Source of the DNA: Carcharhinus longimanus
Taxonomy: Eukaryota
NCBI GenBank assembly: GCA_030264375.1
Contig: JASCQW010000162.1
Coordinates: 94,311,352 to 94,375,351 of the forward strand
DNA length: 64,000 bases
Reading direction: 5' to 3'
In this document: positions 1-12,174 of the stretch, piece by piece
How positions within the stretch are numbered: the stretch's first letter is position 1
Layout: each line of letters begins with the position of its first letter
Program-made: the position numbers and the translations under genes
The notes under the pieces: model-generated
Seen by the model: the letters and a program-made list of their open reading frames with translations, nothing else
What the model was told of the DNA's origin: nothing
The model's database searches: none

Positions 1-440
1 TTGTAAAAACTCTTACTGTCATTTTTTATATTTAGTGCTAGTTTAGCTTCATAGTCTATCCTTCCTTTCTTTATCAACTTCTCAGTCATTCTTTGTTGAT
101 TTTTAAACCTTTTGCAATCTTCTAATCACCCACTACTTTTAGCCACTCTGAACGCATCAGCTTTTAATTTAATACTCTCTTTTATTTCCTTCGATAACCA
201 TGGCTGATTATCTCTTCTCCTACATTCCTTCTTTACCATCGGAATATATTCCTGCTGAGCTCCGAAAAAGATCTCCTTAAAGATCCTTCACTGTTCCTCA
301 GCTGTCCTACCAACCAATCTGCGCCCCCAATCTACATTTGCCAATTCCTCTCCCATCCTATCATACTCCCCTCTGTTCAAACAAAGGACACAGGTCCGGG
401 ATCCTACTTTCTCCTCCTCCATCTGCATCAGAAATCCTAC
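1..440 (-). mobile_element. CR1-type LINE ORF2 fragment (decayed)
   Basis: Minus-strand translation ...LNRGEYDRMGEELANVDWGRRLVGRTAEEQ matches the CR1 ORF2 linker (GDY..MR.EL..VDW...L) between the endonuclease and RT. Confidence 0.7.
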
Positions 441-444
441 CTGG

Positions 445-655
445 TCGAGCTGGTTAGTGATGCTGAACGATGCCGACAATGTGGGTTCAATTCCCATACC
501 AGCTGAGGTTGTCAATGAAGGTCCTGTGTACTCAGCCTTGCCCCTCGCCTGAGGTGTGATGATCCTCAGGTTAAATCACCACGATTCAGCTCTCTCCCTC
601 AAATAGGGGAGTAGCCTATGGTCATCTGGGACAATGGGTGACTTTACTTTTACTG
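445..655 (+). mobile_element. tRNA-derived SINE
   Basis: B-box-like GGGTTCAATTCCC and a TTTAC-type tail; the 3' part recurs at ~17625-17705. Confidence 0.6.
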
Positions 656-1213
656 CACATACACAATAAATATCACTTGTATAGAGCAGGGTATAGTGAT
701 TGTCTGCTCACACGAAATGTAGTGCAATGGCATTGACTTGCAGAAAGTGGTGAACAGTCATAATGTTATTTAATATTGTCACTATGAATTCCAGCGCCCA
801 TTTCTACTGAGTCTTTCCCTTCAGTAACCAGAGAAATTGCTCTGATTGCCCAATGTGCCTAAAAGTTTAATTGATATTATGAATGACAGATTTGTGAATA
901 AAGTCCTACACTTTAAAATGAATGAAGCTTAAATTTGAGATTAAATTTTAATTCATTCAGTAGTGCTTTAGAAATTACAAAGGAGGTTTTGGATGGAAGG
1001 GGAAGGTCTCTCTCAAAGCCATGTAAAACCACTGGCGCTAACACAGAGCTCATTCTGACATCTCTATCATTTAAGTGTTCCTGAACTTTTGCACACATAG
1101 TACTACTGGAGAGCATCACCCATATTCTGTTCATCTATCCATTCAATACTGCAGATATGATGCCGAAGAGTTCCATATGGTATATATCTTCAATACATTA
1201 CATCAGTAACAGT

Positions 1214-2208
1214 GGCCATGATTCTCCCATAAGTGCTGAATTGGCGGGAAAGCTGTTCTAAATCCCAACTGTTTTGTCAGCTCAGCTTCTCACCTGAATC
1301 TCTGCACTCTGTGCACTGCAGAGATCCCAGTTGTGAATATCATTAAAAACCCAGGGGGGTGGACCCTATTTGCATTTGACAGTTCGGGAACTCTGCTCAT
1401 GCGCAGTGGTCCAGATCTGTCAGTCTCCTTGTTTGCTGGCCAGCCCAATCGCTGGCCAATCCGGGATCCACGCAGCACTGCCTCTCCAGCCCCCAGCCCC
1501 TCCCCATTGCTTGGTCGCAACCCCACAACAGATCCCGGGCCAGCTCTGAAACCCCCCGGCCTGGAGCACCCCGATGTCCAGTTCCCCGCACCCAGCAGTA
1601 GCAATCCCCCCACCCCCCCCACTCACCCTGACAGACCACCCTCCCTCCCCGCTGACCTCCCCCACTCTCCAGGGTCCAACCTCCCCAGAGGTAGGCTCCC
1701 CCGCCAGCAGACCACACTCCTAACCCCCAGCCCACCCCAGACACTGCCCTCACTCCATCCCAGGCCAAACATGTCTGCAGAGAGGCAGTGGAACCCCCTA
1801 ACCCCACCAATGACCCTGGGCTCCACCCACAATAGGCAGTGCCCTTGGCACTGCCCGATGCCCAGTGGGCATGAAATACTTCTGGCAGAATGGGAGAATC
1901 AATCGGGACCTGAAAGTTCCCGATAATGAACTGATAAAGATACTTAAAATACATTTTTAAAAGATTTAAATTACTTACTACCTTCCTGCCGGTCTCTAGT
2001 GTGGTTGGGCAGGCTCGAAGGGCCAGATGGCCTACTCCTGCTCCTATTTCTTATGTTCTTATGTTCTTGACTATCGACTGTTCACCGGTTCTGGAAGACG
2101 CGTCTGCATTCCCGGCGCATGCTCAAATCCCGGTTCAAGGCCGGCGACACGCATCTCCCACCTAGACCTGCCAGAAAAGTTGCGGGTCGCGATGGGAGAA
2201 TTGCGGCC
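1214..2208. mobile_element. Non-autonomous DNA transposon (PIF/Harbinger-like MITE)
   Basis: Terminal inverted repeats GGCCATGATTCTCCCAT / ATGGGAGAATTGCGGCC, flanked by a 3-bp duplication AGT; C-rich interior. Confidence 0.7.
2001..2068 (+). mobile_element. 5'-truncated CR1 3' tail nested in the MITE
   Basis: GGCAGGCTCGAAGGGCCAGATGGCCTACTCCTGCTCCTATTTCTTATGTTCTTATGTTCTT is a typical CR1 3' end with an (TTCTTATG)n tail. Confidence 0.75.
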
Positions 2209-2859
2209 AGTATTCCAAAATATTTCACTGACTATAAAGCTTTTGAGATACGCTAAAAGGCACTACGTAAATACCATTCTTCTTTCAATAAGCATATTTC
2301 AGAAATGTAATCACAGCTCCAGACAAGTATCTGGAGCAGAAGTAGCCACACAACAGCTTTGCCCTGGTCTGTCCTTGCCTTTTATGACCCTTCCCCACCA
2401 CACTGTTCTGAATGTTACTCTCTGAAAATTGAAAAATGTTTTAGGGAGAGCATGCCATGTAAATAATGATACTGGGCAGCCAAGTCTTTCTTTGAATCTT
2501 ACTATTGCTTTCAGCACCTTCACCCATGAAGAGAGCTGAGAGGACATTTCCAAGTACATTAATGTACATCTTCAATTCACTATTTATTGTGGAGTTATTG
2601 AGCAGCCAAGCATGTTTTTGTGTGAGAGTATAAAACATTGACGCTGCTGGCCCGGAAAATCAGAAGTTACCGTAAATCTCAAATGCTGCAGCTGTAGTGT
2701 ACTGCACTCGCACCTCTTCAAGATGATTGTCTTGAACTATCTCCATCTCAGTAAAACACATCATTCTGTGTTAAAATGCTCTCGGGATCGCCAATGATCT
2801 TAAGCCACATTTAGCACCAAGGTCGAGCAGGCTTTTGAATGCCTCCTCCTTTCTAAAGC

Positions 2860-4073
2860 CCTGAAGGTTCATTTCCTTCAAGTGCCTATCCAATTTCCTT
2901 TTGAAGTCCTTTGAAGTAATTTCCACTTCCACCAGCAAGTTCCAGGTCATTACCGCTCATTGCATAAAACATTCTCCCTGCATCCCTTCTCCAAAACCCT
3001 AGTCCTTGGCACCATCAGTGAATGAGAACAGCTTTTCTCTGGCTACCTTATTTGAACCTGTCATAATCTTGTGCACTTCTACCAAATCTCCCCACAATCT
3101 CCTTTGCTCCTTTATTCCTCCAACATAACCTTGTAGCTAAAATCATTGGAATCATTCTGGTAAATCTCCTCTGCACTCTCTTAAGGACCTTTACATCATT
3201 CCTTAAGGATGTTGAACAGAACTGGATGCAATACATTAATTATGACCTAACCGGAGCTTTACAAAGGTGAAGCATAACTTCCCTGATTTTGCATTTAATA
3301 TCTCTATCAATGAAGTCCAAGACCTCATATGTATTGCTAACTATTCTCTCAATATGTCCAGTCAAATTCAAAGTTCGATGCACATGAACCCTCAGGTCCC
3401 TCTGTCTTCCTGTAATCTTTTGCATTGTGCCATTTAGTTTATCTTGCCTCAAATTCTGCCAAAATCTCATCCGTCTCTGTGTTAAATTCCATCTGCCACT
3501 TATTTTCCCATTCTGTTAGCCTATCTGTGTCCGGATACAGCAGACTGATGTCATTCCCACTATCTACCACACCTCCAGTCATCAGCAAGTATTGAGATTT
3601 TACTCTGTATTCCAATATCCAAGTCATTTACATATGAACACCACAGCCTACCATCCTGCAAAAACTATGACTCGCTGTTTTCTATCTTAAGATACGTTTT
3701 ACAGTGAACCTTTTGTTCCATGCTCTTCAATGTTGCTAATCAAACTTTGGTATGCTTTTCCAAAAGCTTTCTTAAAATCCAAATAGACAACGGATGGGAT
3801 TTTCCAGCCCAAGACCGGAAATTCCTGCCCAAGCTCAATGGACCTTTAAATGATCACCAAATTTCCTGTCTCCCTCGTTTGGCGGTGGGTGAAATGAGAG
3901 AATTTCAGCCAATATCTGTTGCTTTCACTTCATCTATCTTCTCTGTTACTTATCAAAATTAGATTAGTCAAGCACAATCTACCTTTTACAATCCATCCTG
4001 CCTCTCCTCAGTTAATTCAGACCTCTCCAAGAGTCTGCTGATATTTTCCTGACTGAATCTTATCAACCACTGA
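2860..4073 (-). mobile_element. Decayed CR1 LINE RT/C-terminal region (small MITE at ~3792-3910)
   Basis: Minus-strand ORFs ..DTDRLTEWENKWQMEFN.., ..QRDLRVHVHRTL.. and ..YCIQF...KRVQRRFTRMIP are CR1 ORF2 motifs. Confidence 0.8.
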
Positions 4074-4087
4074 TGTTAAATTGTAAT

Positions 4088-4571
4088 CATGTTGTGGAGA
4101 TGCCGGCATTGGACTGGGGTAAACACAGGAAGAAGTCTCACAACACCAGGTTAAAGTCCAACAGGTTTATTTGGAATCACGAGCTTTCGGAGCGCTGCTC
4201 CTTCATNNNNNNNNNNNNNNNNNNNNNNNNNNNNNNNNNNNNNNNNNNNNNNNNNNNNNNNNNNNNNNNNNNNNNNNNNNNNNNNNNNNNNNNNNNNNNN
4301 NNNNNNNNNNNNNNNNNNNNNNNNNNNNNNNNNNNNNNNNNNNNNNNNNNNNNNNNNNNNNNNNNNNNNNNNNNNNNNNNNNNNNNNNNNNNNNNNNNNN
4401 NNNNNNNNNNNNNNNNNNNNNNNNNNNNNNNNNNNNNNNNNNNNNNNNNNNNNNNNNNNNNNNNNNNNNNNNNNNNNNNNNNNNNNNNNNNNAAGCGCTC
4501 TGAAAGCTAGTGGCTTTTGCTACCAAGTAAACCTGTTGAACTTTCACCTGGTGTTGTGAGATTTCTTACTG
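4088..4571. mobile_element. Penelope-like (PLE-type) foldback insertion, centre masked
   Basis: Inverted arms (AGAAGTCTCACAACACCAGGTTAAAGTCCAACAGGTTTATTTGG vs CCAAGTAAACCTGTTGAACTTTCACCTGGTGTTGTGAGATTTCT); 14-bp direct repeat TGTTAAATTGTAAT at 4074-4087 and 4572-4585. Confidence 0.65.
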
Positions 4572-4624
4572 TGTTAAATTGTAATTACAGAGAAAGGCAT
4601 TCCCCTTGTCTTTGACAGAGTGCA

Positions 4625-5995
4625 ATGGCAGGCTGGAAAAGCGACATTTAGCCCACTGACATGAGGTGGATTTTTTAAATGTCAGGCACTTAGAAAAATT
4701 TATTTCCAGGGGATGCATGCCAGTTCCCTGGCGGGCAGCCTCTGATTCACCTGCCCCACCATCCCCTTGGTACATTCATCATGGGGCACAGTATCCAACG
4801 CACATCACCCAGTTCTCCTTGGTCCACCTCAGTGGATGGCTGCAAAGATGTCTGTCCCCATATTATCAGAAGCCTCCTTCACAGGCTGCTGGATGCGTTG
4901 GAGGTGCATCGTGATGTCCTCTATCCACACACAGAGAGAGGACCAGCTGGCAGGGACATAAACCCAGCATGGGAAGTGGTGACATCGATGGACTACAAAA
5001 GAGGGCAGCAACCCAGTGCTGAAAGAGGGCGAATAATCTCCATTCTGTCAGGGTAAGTCACTCTTCTCATCACTCTCAACTCACACACACACAGGCCCAT
5101 CACACATCCACAGGAAGCTCACTCATTTCCAGCTGTAGGGACATCACGATTCGCTTTCCCACACACATCTTCATCTCCCCTGCGGGTTATGTCCTCAACA
5201 ATTCACTGATTCCCACTCATCATTCATACATGTCAGGCATCCTTATCATCCTCGGTGAGAGTGTGCAGTGCCAGCAATCAGACAGGAGAACAGTGCTCAT
5301 AGAAAGGATGTCAGGATGATGGAAGGTGCTCGGTGCTTCACCTCATCACCATCCATGAATCTGGCAGCCATGAGCATTTCCCAAGCTCATCTGCCCCATC
5401 TGGCCATTGCCTCTGCCTCATGGCTGACATCTCACCCTCCAAGACCTATTCTTCATCATCCACCTCAACATCTTTCTCATCTGAGAAAATATGCTATTCC
5501 TCCATCACCTCCTCAAGCAGCTCCTCCTTCCCCCGTTGAAGTGTCATGTTGTGAAGGGCACACCAGACAACATTGTGTGATGCTTTCTGGGGATTGTATT
5601 GCACCAGACTGGTCCTGGCACTGGAACTGAATTTTCCACATTCCTACAGTCTCAAAGTGCAAGTTGAAACATCAGCCTCATTGTATCTTGTCTCAGCTGC
5701 ACTCTGTGGCCTGCAGCACAGGCATAATCAGCCACCTCCTCAGTGATTATCCCCTGTCCCCAAGAAGCCAACCCTACAGCCATCGAGGACCCTCAAACAC
5801 AGTGGAGCTCTGAATGTGGTTCAGGATATATGGATCATGCACAATCCCAGGGAACCAAGAATACCCCTGGAGAATGTGTGGTCATAGACCAATGGAGTTT
5901 TCAGGGAATGGAAATCCTAGTGGTTGATGAACTGTGCTCCTCGATGCCCCAGGGATCTGAGAGCCACGTAAGTGCAGTCAATTGCACCTGTGGAT
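4625..5995. mobile_element. Decayed PIF/Harbinger transposon: Myb/SANT-like ORF remnant (+) and transposase remnant (-)
   Basis: + strand ..LHRLLDALEVHRDVLYP..PAWEVV..; - strand ~5680-5855 ..PGIVHDPYIL..GWLLGDRG*SLRRWLIMPV.., resembling HARBI1-type DDE motifs. Confidence 0.7.
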
Positions 5996-6761
5996 AGTCA
6001 GAAATCCACATGAATCCCATAGATCTTACATCTTGGTGAGCCTAATTCTGGTCACAATGCAATTTTTACTTTCACCAATTAAAATACTAAAACATGACAA
6101 AACATATTTCTTAACAGCTAGCTATTTCTATTGGCCCATTTCAGCAGTATCTCCCATAGACATAAATCCCTTCTGCAGAACCAGTTAGCACAGAAACCAA
6201 AGATGTTTACGTGGTGCTAGATTTCCAGCTTTTTAACACTTTTGCACAGAGATCCAGACAAAACTTTTCAGAGAAGGATATATCCTCAAAACAGCAAAAC
6301 ATCAGAGAAATAAAACTAGTCTCTGGCAGCTCCCAATCTCCAGAGTTCAGGGGCAGAAAGGGGTTTCTCTCTCTCTGCAGCTTTCAAAACAGCAATTCTC
6401 AGAGAAAGATCTACTCTCATACAACAGAATCTCTAGGAAGGAGACTGATCACCTGGCGCATTGCAGCCTCCAACTCCAGAGAGAGGAAAAGAGAGCCCTC
6501 TCTCTCAACTCAAAAGCAGAATCTAAGCTTGAATACTCTGTGCAAAGAAGAGTTGGTGATTTTCCAAAGTACACCATTTAAAATACATTCACAACAGTCA
6601 CAATACTCCAATGATAGAGAGAGTGAATGTTTACAGTGATAGAAGGAATGCCAACTGAACAGATTACAGCCTTCAGGACTCAATCAGCTTAGTCAGTGGT
6701 GTTGCTGCTGAGACACTTTTAGTGATGGACATTGAATTGATGGGCTTTACTAACATATTTA

Positions 6762-7069
6762 GGAGAGGCATTGGCATAGTCATATTGTCGCTGGACTAGC
6801 TATGCTCTGGAGACCTGGGTTCTAATCCCACCATGGCAGATGGTGAAATTTGATTTCAATAAAAATGTGGAATTAAAGGTCTAATGATGACCAAGGAAGC
6901 CATTGTCATAAAAACCCATCGGGTCCACTAATTTAGGGAAGGAAATCTGTCATCCTTACCTGGTTTGGCCTACATGTGACAAGTGGTTGACTCTTAAATA
7001 TCCTCAGGGATGGGCAATCAATGTTGGCCTAGCCAGCGACACCCACATTCCCATAAATGAATAAAAAAA
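6762..7069 (+). mobile_element. tRNA-headed SINE sharing its 3' tail with the LINE at 42295-42870
   Basis: A/B-box-like TGGCATAGT...GGGTTCTAATCCC; tail GGGATGGGCAATCAATGTTGGCCTAGCCAGCGACACCCACATTCCCATAAATGAATAAAAAAA. Confidence 0.7.
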
Positions 7070-7286
7070 GGTACCCAACATAAAAGGGTCAGCTTCACTT
7101 ATGCAACATTGGCAAGCTCTTGGCTTAGGCAAGCCTTGGCCTAGGGAATCATCAAAAGAGGTAACAGCTTTTAAAGACTCCAGTGAAGTCATCTGAGAAT
7201 CCATCCAATTTGCTGATACATTTGCTGCTTTTAAGAGATGGTGACGTCAATGGGGTGGGTGAAAATGTTGACTGCCTTTATTTTTC

Positions 7287-7515
7287 AGGCTTGGATCACC
7301 ATCTGTGTGGAGTTTGCATATTCTCCCCATGTCTGCGTGGTTTCCTTCAGATGCTCTGGTTTCCTCCCACAGTCCAAAGATGTGCAGATTAGGTGTGTCA
7401 GGGGGACTTGCTAGGGTAAATGCATACGGTTACAGGGATTTACCTGGGTGAGATTGTGGTTGGTGCAGACTCAATGGGCCGAAAGGCCTCCTTGTTTACT
7501 GTAGGATTCTGTGAT
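7287..7515 (+). mobile_element. HE1/V-SINE-type SINE (5'-truncated)
   Basis: V-domain TGTGTGGAGTTTGCATATTCTCCCC...GGTTTCCTCCCACAGTCCAAAGATGTG plus a CR1-like tail. Confidence 0.8.
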
Positions 7516-9839
7516 GTTATGCAAAGCTTATTTGAGGGTTAAAAACATAATTGTAAGAGCCACTGGCTGACACAGTGATAGTGAAGATACAAAACAGTTT
7601 GCGGCCAATGATTAAAAGGCCACAAACTCTCATCCACTGTCTGGTGTCTGGCACCGTAGCGTTGGTAACAGTGAGGAAAGTTGTCTGCTATTCCTGGATA
7701 CTGTTTCCTGTAGGACAGTAGTGTGCCTGGAAGAGGGTAGACGTAGCGAAAGCAAGGGCACAGCTGTATGTTAACTGCAAATATTCTTGTGGGGGATAAC
7801 AAAGCTGACTTTACAATGATAAACCTGCTCAGAAAATCACAGTGTTAACAAGCAACACCCCACTGAGAATGCAATTGGAAGGATTCATCCAGACAGGTCA
7901 GTCACTGATTTATCCTTTTTGCTGCTGGTTAACTGTTTGACTTATTTTTCTCACCCCTATAACTGATTTTTGACTTTTGAGAAGAGCTGTTTGCATTATT
8001 TTTGGCTACTTTTAGAACTACTTCACTGGGTTGCCTTTGGGATGGGAAGATCAGGTGAAAAGACAGGTGAGAGCAGAAATAGACAAGATATATGCCAAAC
8101 ATTGGTCTATTTTACTCCCAGTTAGAAAACCTAGACTGCTGTCCTATAAAGGTTGGTGATCTCTATGGTTGCATACTTGCCATTCTATAGCCAATTCCAC
8201 TTCCACACACTGAAGTGAAATTGGTCTTTGGTGCAGCACTGAACAGCCAACCAAAATCAATGGTGAAGGCAATCATGCAGGAAAGTAGAGCAATTTGCCC
8301 ACTTATTGCTACTGCCAAAAACCAATGCTAGCCATGTTGTTTAGGAAAAACAACCTTACTGTTTTACAATTTCAAAATTTATAGATGTCATCTTAATCTG
8401 CTATTGGTCTTTACATTCTGCAGCAGTGTGTAATTTCCCACCACTAGCCAGTGGACCCCACCCCCCTGCCCCATGAAGGGCAGCTTCTTTGTCCAGAGCT
8501 CATATTTACATCAAACTGATCACCACAAACTTACATAGGGCCAACTCGTTCTGTATCACCTTGGTGCAAATTGCACAACACCCGACTACTGGCTGATTAT
8601 TTGCCCAATCAGACAATCTAAACTAGAACGCTGAGGTACAACTGCAGATTATGTTTCTGGTGTAAATGTTGTAATCTGATGCTGTTGAACTCACAACCTT
8701 GACAATACTAAAAGCTTCATTACGGCTCTTCAGTGTTACTGATGTGAGCTTGTGAGTCATTCACAACCGGTGCAGCAATCTTAACTATTTTCTGCTATAC
8801 TGAGACTGGAACCAAAGAAAGATATGAGCTCGGTTATTCCACAGTTGCTTCAATTTATCCCACTGCATCAAGGACAGATATCAGTATTGTGTTGCATTGA
8901 GGTTTCTGAAGCTGATATGTTTTTCAGGAATTCCCAAGAAGCTGCCAGTTTTGGTGGCCAAACTTTTGACTAGACTACAACAGTGTCGAGTGGATGCGTG
9001 TGCTGAGCCATGTGCCGAATCTTGTAACTGAAAAGCACGAACAATTCTTTTCGCATTGATTTGGAAAGGGAACATCTTGTTCCTTTTTTTCACCCCAGCA
9101 GAATCACAGGCTTGGTTTTCTGCAGATATCATTTCTTGTGTATATTTGACCTATGTCAGCTTACGACGTGTCTTGTAGATAGCAGCTAAACCGCTTTGAG
9201 GAGGAGAACAACGTTACTTTTCACGGCATCCAGCAACTCATTACTGAAAACAGCCAAAATCATTTCCCCCAGAAAGCCCTTTGAATTACTGTTAAAATAG
9301 GAAGATGAATGTCCATTATCACAACATGATATTTGTATCATCCAAATAAAAATTCCACATCCAGTACAAAAGCACAAAAGATCAACTTCTCGCTGAGACC
9401 AAGTTGCTTCAGAAATGTCAAAAGCTACTAATGAGACTTCACACAGGCTATCAGGACAATCACTCCATTTCTGGCCTGTGGGATTAGGTTATCATCATTG
9501 CCCTGCAACCAAACAGCTGGTTCTGACTGTTCAAATCTACAGCAGCTTGCCATTCATTGTAGTTTCCACAACCATTGTCATTCTGAGTAATGGGGAAGCA
9601 GATCCATAATAATTGATATCTAATTTTGATTTGTTTCTTATTGATGGGGAAAATCTTTGATTTACATTTGAATGGGATATTGGTTGGCAGGATTAATGAA
9701 AACAGATTGGCTAAGGTAGCATGTGTTTATAAGATGTGTCAATGCAAATCGAATCACCTCTACAATGCAAATAAGTAGTTGTGCTGGAACACACCTTTTG
9801 AGAGAAATACTTAACTAGATACATTTCCTTTATTTAATT

Positions 9840-10128
9840 TTTATTTATTATTAGTGTCACAAGTAACACTGCAATGAAGTTACTGTGAAAATCCCCTAGT
9901 TGCCACACTCTGGTGCCTGTTCACATAACTGAGGGAGAATTTAGCATGATCAATGCAACTAACCAGCATCTCTTTCAGGCTGTGGAAGAAAACTGGGGCA
10001 CCCAGAGGAAACCCACACAGACCTAGGGAGAACGTGCAGACTCCGCACAGCCAGTGACCTAATCTGGGAATCGAACTCAGGTCCCTGGCGCTGTGAAGCA
10101 GCAGTGCTAACCATTGTGCCAACATGCT
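9840..10128 (-). mobile_element. HE1/V-SINE-type SINE
   Basis: Reverse complement begins GGCACAATGGTTAGCACTGCTGCTTCACAGCGCCAGGGACC and contains the V-domain. Confidence 0.85.
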
Positions 10129-10369
10129 GCTGTATCATAGAAGACCTACGGTTAGCACAAGTGGAGGCTTCCCTTTTCCAATAGTGAACACTACATTTTG
10201 TTCTCTAAATATTACTTCAGAATGATCACAGTATAGAATAGTTACAGTATAAACTACAACATAAATAAATTCCTTGGTATTCAAAAAAAGATGAGATACC
10301 TTAGGGATTTTACTTCAGCTNNNNATAAATGGATGGCCTGATATCAAAACCAAAAATAATCTTGTCATA

Positions 10370-10524
10370 AAACAAAAACATAAAATGCTGTAAAAACTCA
10401 GCAGGTCTGACAGCATCTGTGGAGAGAGAGTAGACCCTCTTCTCTCTCCACAGATGCTGTCAGACCTGCTGAGTTTTTCTAGCATTTTCTGTTTTTGTTC
10501 CAGATTCCAGCATCTTATTTTGCT
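10370..10524. repeat. Palindromic foldback insert (PLE-derived type) with ~15-bp TSD
   Basis: Arms AAAAACTCAGCAGGTCTGACAGCATCTGTGGAGAGAGA / TCTCTCTCCACAGATGCTGTCAGACCTGCTGAGTTTTT; flanks AATAATCTTGTCATA / AATAACCTTGTCATA. Confidence 0.75.
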
Positions 10525-11984
10525 AATAACCTTGTCATATTTGCAAATGACTAAAATGGAAAATACAATAGAGCCAGAGATTAAGCTAATATTTTGGAGA
10601 AGCACAAAAGGTTTAATGTAGGAACTGACAGTAATAGAAGGCTAAACAGTTTTGATGTTCAGCAATTCAAAACATTCACTGATACACAGCCAGAGGAGTA
10701 ATTTTCTTATCATATATTGACAGAAAGGAGTCTTGCCCACCAGCAATGGCAGAAAAAATTGATTCTAACCACACTTTGTGTACAGGGCTCCATTCTGGTC
10801 ATCACACCGTGGACAAATGTAGAGGTATCAGAAAAGAAGAGCAATAAGACTGATCTGAAATATAAGAACCAGTTTCCACCAGTCAAGGGAAGGAAAAAGG
10901 AATCTGTGCCTGTGTTCTGTGGGTTTTGTGAATAAACCTATGTTAAGACTGGCTCCAGATTTCTCCTTTAGTGAATGAACAATATATTGTATCTAATGCA
11001 TAATTGGTTGTGCTTTCGGATGTGTTGAGGTTGTATGATCAGATGGTCTCTTTTGTCTTCTATATGTTTCCTGACCTCTGTGCTCTCATTCCAATTTAAA
11101 TAACTTGCTGAAGAAAAGTTAATTAAGCCAAAAAAACAAACTGTTAACAGGGACCATCAATGAGATGAATGAAAATATTTAAATGCCTAAACCTAAATTA
11201 TTGCTACAAAGTAAACCAGCAAAGTCAGATCAGAACACATTAATTGAAATGTGAATAAAGGAAGGCATTTTTGATTTGGAGAAGGGTAAACAAATCTGTT
11301 GATGATAATGAAACAAAAATATTCAGGACTCCAAGCTGAATTTTAATATTAAGATGGGAGAAAATACAAGAAGGAAAACCAATCAAATGCAAGACTTTTC
11401 CTTCTTTTTAAGTGCTAAAAATCAGGGATTATGTATTTCTGGTATAGCTGCAGCACCATGGACAGTTAGGCAATTTTACCTGATGACATATGGCTCAGAT
11501 ATTTAAAATGATAAAAGTCATAGCTAATGTAGGTGTGAGCAAGTTATTTAAATTGGAATGTGAGCACAGAGATCAGGAGTAGAAAACCAACAAGCTTCAA
11601 GCAAAATCAGAACACAGAACATTTTCTTTCTAAACACAATGTGGTGAATTTGTGTAATGAATTCCTGGCAAAAATACTTTTATGTGATGAACTCCTTTAA
11701 ACAATAACCAAACAGATATATGCTTAGGGAGAGAAATATTCCAGTATAGAAACAGAGGAAGCAACTTGTTGGGGGGGAGTTTGTAACTGGCTGATCTTCA
11801 AGACTTTCCCAGGATTAGCCCTAATTATGGATACAAAGTGAGATGTCAGAGTCAGCAGAGGCCAGGACTGGGGGAATGGTGAAGTGTTCCCTGTTGGAAA
11901 ACCTAAAGGGACATATAGAAAACAAAAGAGGGCATCTGTTCATACAACCTCAACACATCCAAAAGCACAACCATATTATTAATG

Positions 11985-12174
11985 GACTGGTCAACAATTA
12001 TTCCTCAAACAACAACATTAAAACAGATTATCTGGGTTATCAGATTGTTGTTTCTGGAAGTTTACTGCGCACAAATGGCTTTTGCATTTCCTACATTGCA
12101 TGAGTGATAAGACTTCAAAAGTACTGTGTTGCCCAGAAAGTGCTTTAGGATACCCTGAGACCATGAAAGGAGTG
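11985..12174 (+). mobile_element. Deu-domain-type SINE 3' half
   Basis: AACAGATTATCTGG...CATTTCCTACATT...ACTTCAAAAGTAC...AAAGTGCTTTAGGAT..CCTGAG; similar to copies at 45560-45980 and 55975-56410. Confidence 0.6.

Noticed and set aside
1290-1954. Overlapping Pro-rich and Gly-rich ORFs (197 aa and 185 aa)
   Set aside because: They arise from the C-rich interior of a MITE; no domain or splice evidence.
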